A stretch of 40,000 bases of DNA. Source: Clostridiales bacterium (lineage in GTDB: Bacteria > Bacillota > Clostridia > TANB77 > CAG-508). The DNA is taken from assembly GCA_013333035.2 (NCBI GenBank), contig JABCPQ020000017.1, positions 1 through 40,000 of the forward strand, written 5' to 3'. Positions 37,806 through 40,000 of the stretch are shown in pieces (the stretch's first letter is position 1; each line of letters starts with the position of its first letter). The notes beneath the pieces were generated by a model that worked only from the letters and a program-made list of their open reading frames with translations, made no database searches and had not been told where the DNA came from. The position numbers were made by a program, and so were the translations under genes.

Positions 37806-39206
37806 CTATATATTATCACAAAAACCACTCAAATACCATATATGATTTTCATCAATTTTAACATCAACCATTTTACCAATAAGAATTTTATCACCTTTGA
37901 AATTAACAACTTTATATGAATCAGTTCTACCTGTCAAAACTTCATCATTATTTTTACTAGTACCTTCAACCAAAACTTTTTGAATAGTACCAATATACTT
38001 ATTTCCATCTTCTGCAATAATTTCTTCAGTCAACTTTTTAAGCTTATCAAATCTCTTATGCTTAATATCTTCTGGTATCTGATCTTCCATTGTATCTGCA
38101 ACAGTTCCAATTCTTCTTGAATAAATAAACATATAAATCTGTTCATATCTAACTTTTCTAACAACATCAAGTGTATCTTCAAAATCTTCCTCTGTTTCAC
38201 CAGGAAAACCTACAATAATATCAGTTGTAAATGTAGCATCAGGAATCTTAGATCTTATCCTATCAACTAATTTTAGATATTCTTCTTTTGTATAATTTCT
38301 ATTCATTTTTTTAAGAACATTTGAACTTCCAGCTTGCAAAGGCATATGAATTAATTTACAGATATGTTTACTATTAGCAATTACATCAATAACATCGTCA
38401 GTAAAATCTTTAGGGTGTGGTGATGTAAATCTAATTCTTTCTATACCATCAATCTTATCAAGCTCTGCTAATAACTCTGCAAATGAATGAATATTTGAAT
38501 CAGTAATCTTCATTCCTTTTCTATTTTCAGCAACCATATAAGAATTAACATTTTGTCCAAGTAAAGTTATTTCTTTATACCCTGCTTTAGCCAAAGCTTT
38601 AACTTCAGCAATAATATCTTCAGGTCTTCTACTTCTTTCCCTTCCTCTAACATAAGGAACAATACAATAAGTACAAAAATTGTTGCAACCATTCATAATC
38701 AATACAGAAGCTTTAACACTATCATCCCTCTTATTAGGAATGCCTTCAAAAACTTCACCATCAACATCTATAATATCTTCTATCTTTCTTTTTTCTTCAA
38801 CAGCCAAATACAAATCTTTAGCAAAATTATCAAGAGTATGAATACCAAAAACAACATCAACATAAGGGTAACTTTTCTTTATTTTTTCAGAAACATGTTC
38901 TTGTTGCATCATACAACCACCAACACAAATTATTGTTCCCTTATCTTCTTTATACTTTTTAACTTCTCCAAGCTTTCCATATAATCTATCTTCTGCATTT
39001 TCTCTAACACAACATGTATTAAAAATTATAATATCTGCATTTTCTTCTTTATCAGTCTTTGTAATACCTGCTGCATTTAACATACCAGCTATTTTTTCTG
39101 AATCATTCTCATTTAATTGACATCCAAGAGTATATATAAAATACTTCTTTCCATCAAATTTCTCTTTAATTTTATTTGTCCATTCCTCTGTATTAACTAC
39201 TCTCAT
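37806..39206 (-). CDS. miaB: tRNA-i6A37 methylthiotransferase MiaB (radical SAM)
   Basis: UPF0004 domain with YTLGCQLN, NTCCVRE and GGCM. Radical-SAM motif CNNFCTYC. C-terminal TRAM domain. Confidence 0.9.
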   Translation of the reverse strand: MRVVNTEEWTNKIKEKFDGKKYFIYTLGCQLNENDSEKIAGMLNAAGITKTDKEENADIIIFNTCCVRENAEDRLYGKLGEVKKYKEDKGTIICVGGCMMQQEHVSEKIKKSYPYVDVVFGIHTLDNFAKDLYLAVEEKRKIEDIIDVDGEVFEGIPNKRDDSVKASVLIMNGCNNFCTYCIVPYVRGRERSRRPEDIIAEVKALAKAGYKEITLLGQNVNSYMVAENRKGMKITDSNIHSFAELLAELDKIDGIERIRFTSPHPKDFTDDVIDVIANSKHICKLIHMPLQAGSSNVLKKMNRNYTKEEYLKLVDRIRSKIPDATFTTDIIVGFPGETEEDFEDTLDVVRKVRYEQIYMFIYSRRIGTVADTMEDQIPEDIKHKRFDKLKKLTEEIIAEDGNKYIGTIQKVLVEGTSKNNDEVLTGRTDSYKVVNFKGDKILIGKMVDVKIDENHIWYLSGFCDNI

Positions 39207-39271
39207 TTTAAAATCCTTTCACGTATTTATGTTTGATTAAAAATTTCTATTCATAATATATATCTATAATA

Positions 39272-39306
39272 TAAAAAGCTCTGTAACAAATTAATGCTAC
39301 AGAGCC
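39272..39306 (-). terminator. terminator after rpmE
   Basis: Minus strand: GGCTCTGTAGCA-TTAATT-TGTTACAGAGCT, with one mismatch in the stem, followed by TTTTAT. Confidence 0.65.
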
Positions 39307-39326
39307 CCACTAAATTAAATGAATTA

Positions 39327-39527
39327 TTAAGCTAATCCATATTTTTTCTTAAACTTATCAGCTTTTCCGCCTGTTGTTTCTTTTCTTAAATTTCCTGTCC
39401 AAAATGGATGACACTTTGAGCAGATATCAACTTTCATTTCACCCTTTGTTGAATTTGTTTTCATTACATTTCCACAAGCACAAGTGATAGTTGATTCTTT
39501 ATATTCTGGATGTATTCCTTCCTTCAT
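39327..39527 (-). CDS. rpmE: 50S ribosomal protein L31 (Zn-ribbon form)
   Basis: MKEGIHPEY ... CACGN ... CSKCHPFWTG. Start placed at the ATG at 39527 (AGAGGTG 8 nt upstream); the ORF-track start is a TTG. Confidence 0.95.
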   Translation of the reverse strand: MKEGIHPEYKESTITCACGNVMKTNSTKGEMKVDICSKCHPFWTGNLRKETTGGKADKFKKKYGLA

Positions 39528-39569
39528 TACCAATTCACCTCTTTCTATATATTTCCTAAATGCTAAATA

Positions 39570-39752
39570 TTAGTTTGCTTTTTGAGATATGATTTCTACG
39601 CCATCATAATATCCACAACTTGGGCAAACTCTGTGTTGCATCATTAGAGCGTGGCAATGTGGGCACTCTACTAAATTTTTATTTTCTAATTTCCATGTTG
39701 ATCTTTTAGTATGTGTTCTTGCTTTAGACCATCTTCTTTTTGGTTGTGCCAT
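39570..39752 (-). CDS. rpmF: 50S ribosomal protein L32 (Zn-ribbon form)
   Basis: MAQPKRRWSKARTHTKRS ... CPHCH ... CPSCGYY. AAGGAGGGA RBS. Confidence 0.95.
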   Translation of the reverse strand: MAQPKRRWSKARTHTKRSTWKLENKNLVECPHCHALMMQHRVCPSCGYYDGVEIISQKAN

Positions 39753-39806
39753 TTCAATCCCTCCTTATGCTTATAAAATTACTTTCTCTTTGTAAGTCAC
39801 TCTAAC

Positions 39807-39835
39807 ATTATAATTGCTATAGTGCCTTTTGTCAA
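39807..39835 (-). promoter_or_regulatory. consensus SigA promoter of rpmF-rpmE
   Basis: Minus strand: TTGACA (39835-39830), exactly 17 nt, TATAAT (39812-39807). Confidence 0.75.
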
Positions 39836-39852
39836 GTGTTTTAAAATTAATT

Positions 39853-40000
39853 TTAAATATTCGGCTTTACAAAACTAATTTGTGTATTAATTTGATATCT
39901 ATCTTCTGAAGAAAGTTTTTTAGCCGAAGCCCTAAACCTTGCTAATGCAGATAAATATGCAATCCTTATATCATTATTAATTAATACTCCATCATCTGTC
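39853..40000 (-). CDS. C-terminal 48 codons of an unidentified gene (partial, enters from beyond the window end)
   Basis: Hand translation: TDDGVLINNDIRIAYLSALARFRASAKKLSSEDRYQINTQISFVKPNI*, with the stop at 39855-39853. The frame is open to the window edge. No family recognised. Confidence 0.3.
   Translation of the reverse strand, partial: TDDGVLINNDIRIAYLSALARFRASAKKLSSEDRYQINTQISFVKPNI

Overview
Visibly AT-rich chromosomal segment of a low-GC Gram-positive (Bacillota-type) bacterium. It uses the standard code: TGA acts as a stop in ATGA gene overlaps, and Trp is TGG. There are about 38 protein genes, and all but four lie on the minus strand, tightly packed with short gaps or overlaps. Most are housekeeping genes: rpsO, mtnN, smpB, fba, ldh, glmM, argS, pfk, obg, trpS, mutS, miaB, rpmE and rpmF. 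No tRNA, rRNA, CRISPR array, transposase or integrase was seen. Accessory content has four parts. (i) A two-component system sits next to a LolCDE-like ABC exporter with two FtsX-type permeases (694-5798). (ii) A GT4 / DUF4912 / GH57 alpha-glucan cluster (6649-10522). (iii) A block of orphan genes (11249-17533) holds a very divergent DnaB-family helicase, an unrecognisable 423-aa partner, a secreted GH5 glycanase, and a monocistronic 536-aa protein. By eye, the 536-aa protein carries the four RelA/SpoT synthetase motifs in the correct order, separated by large insertions. (iv) A Wzx flippase with a split Alg14/Alg13-type glycosyltransferase (24531-26904). Two otherwise intact genes are broken by single-nucleotide frameshifts: GH57 in an A-tract and smpB at a non-homopolymer site. 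A multiply disrupted gene remnant lies at 332-583. All functional calls come from reading the translated ORFs and the DNA by eye; no database search was run.
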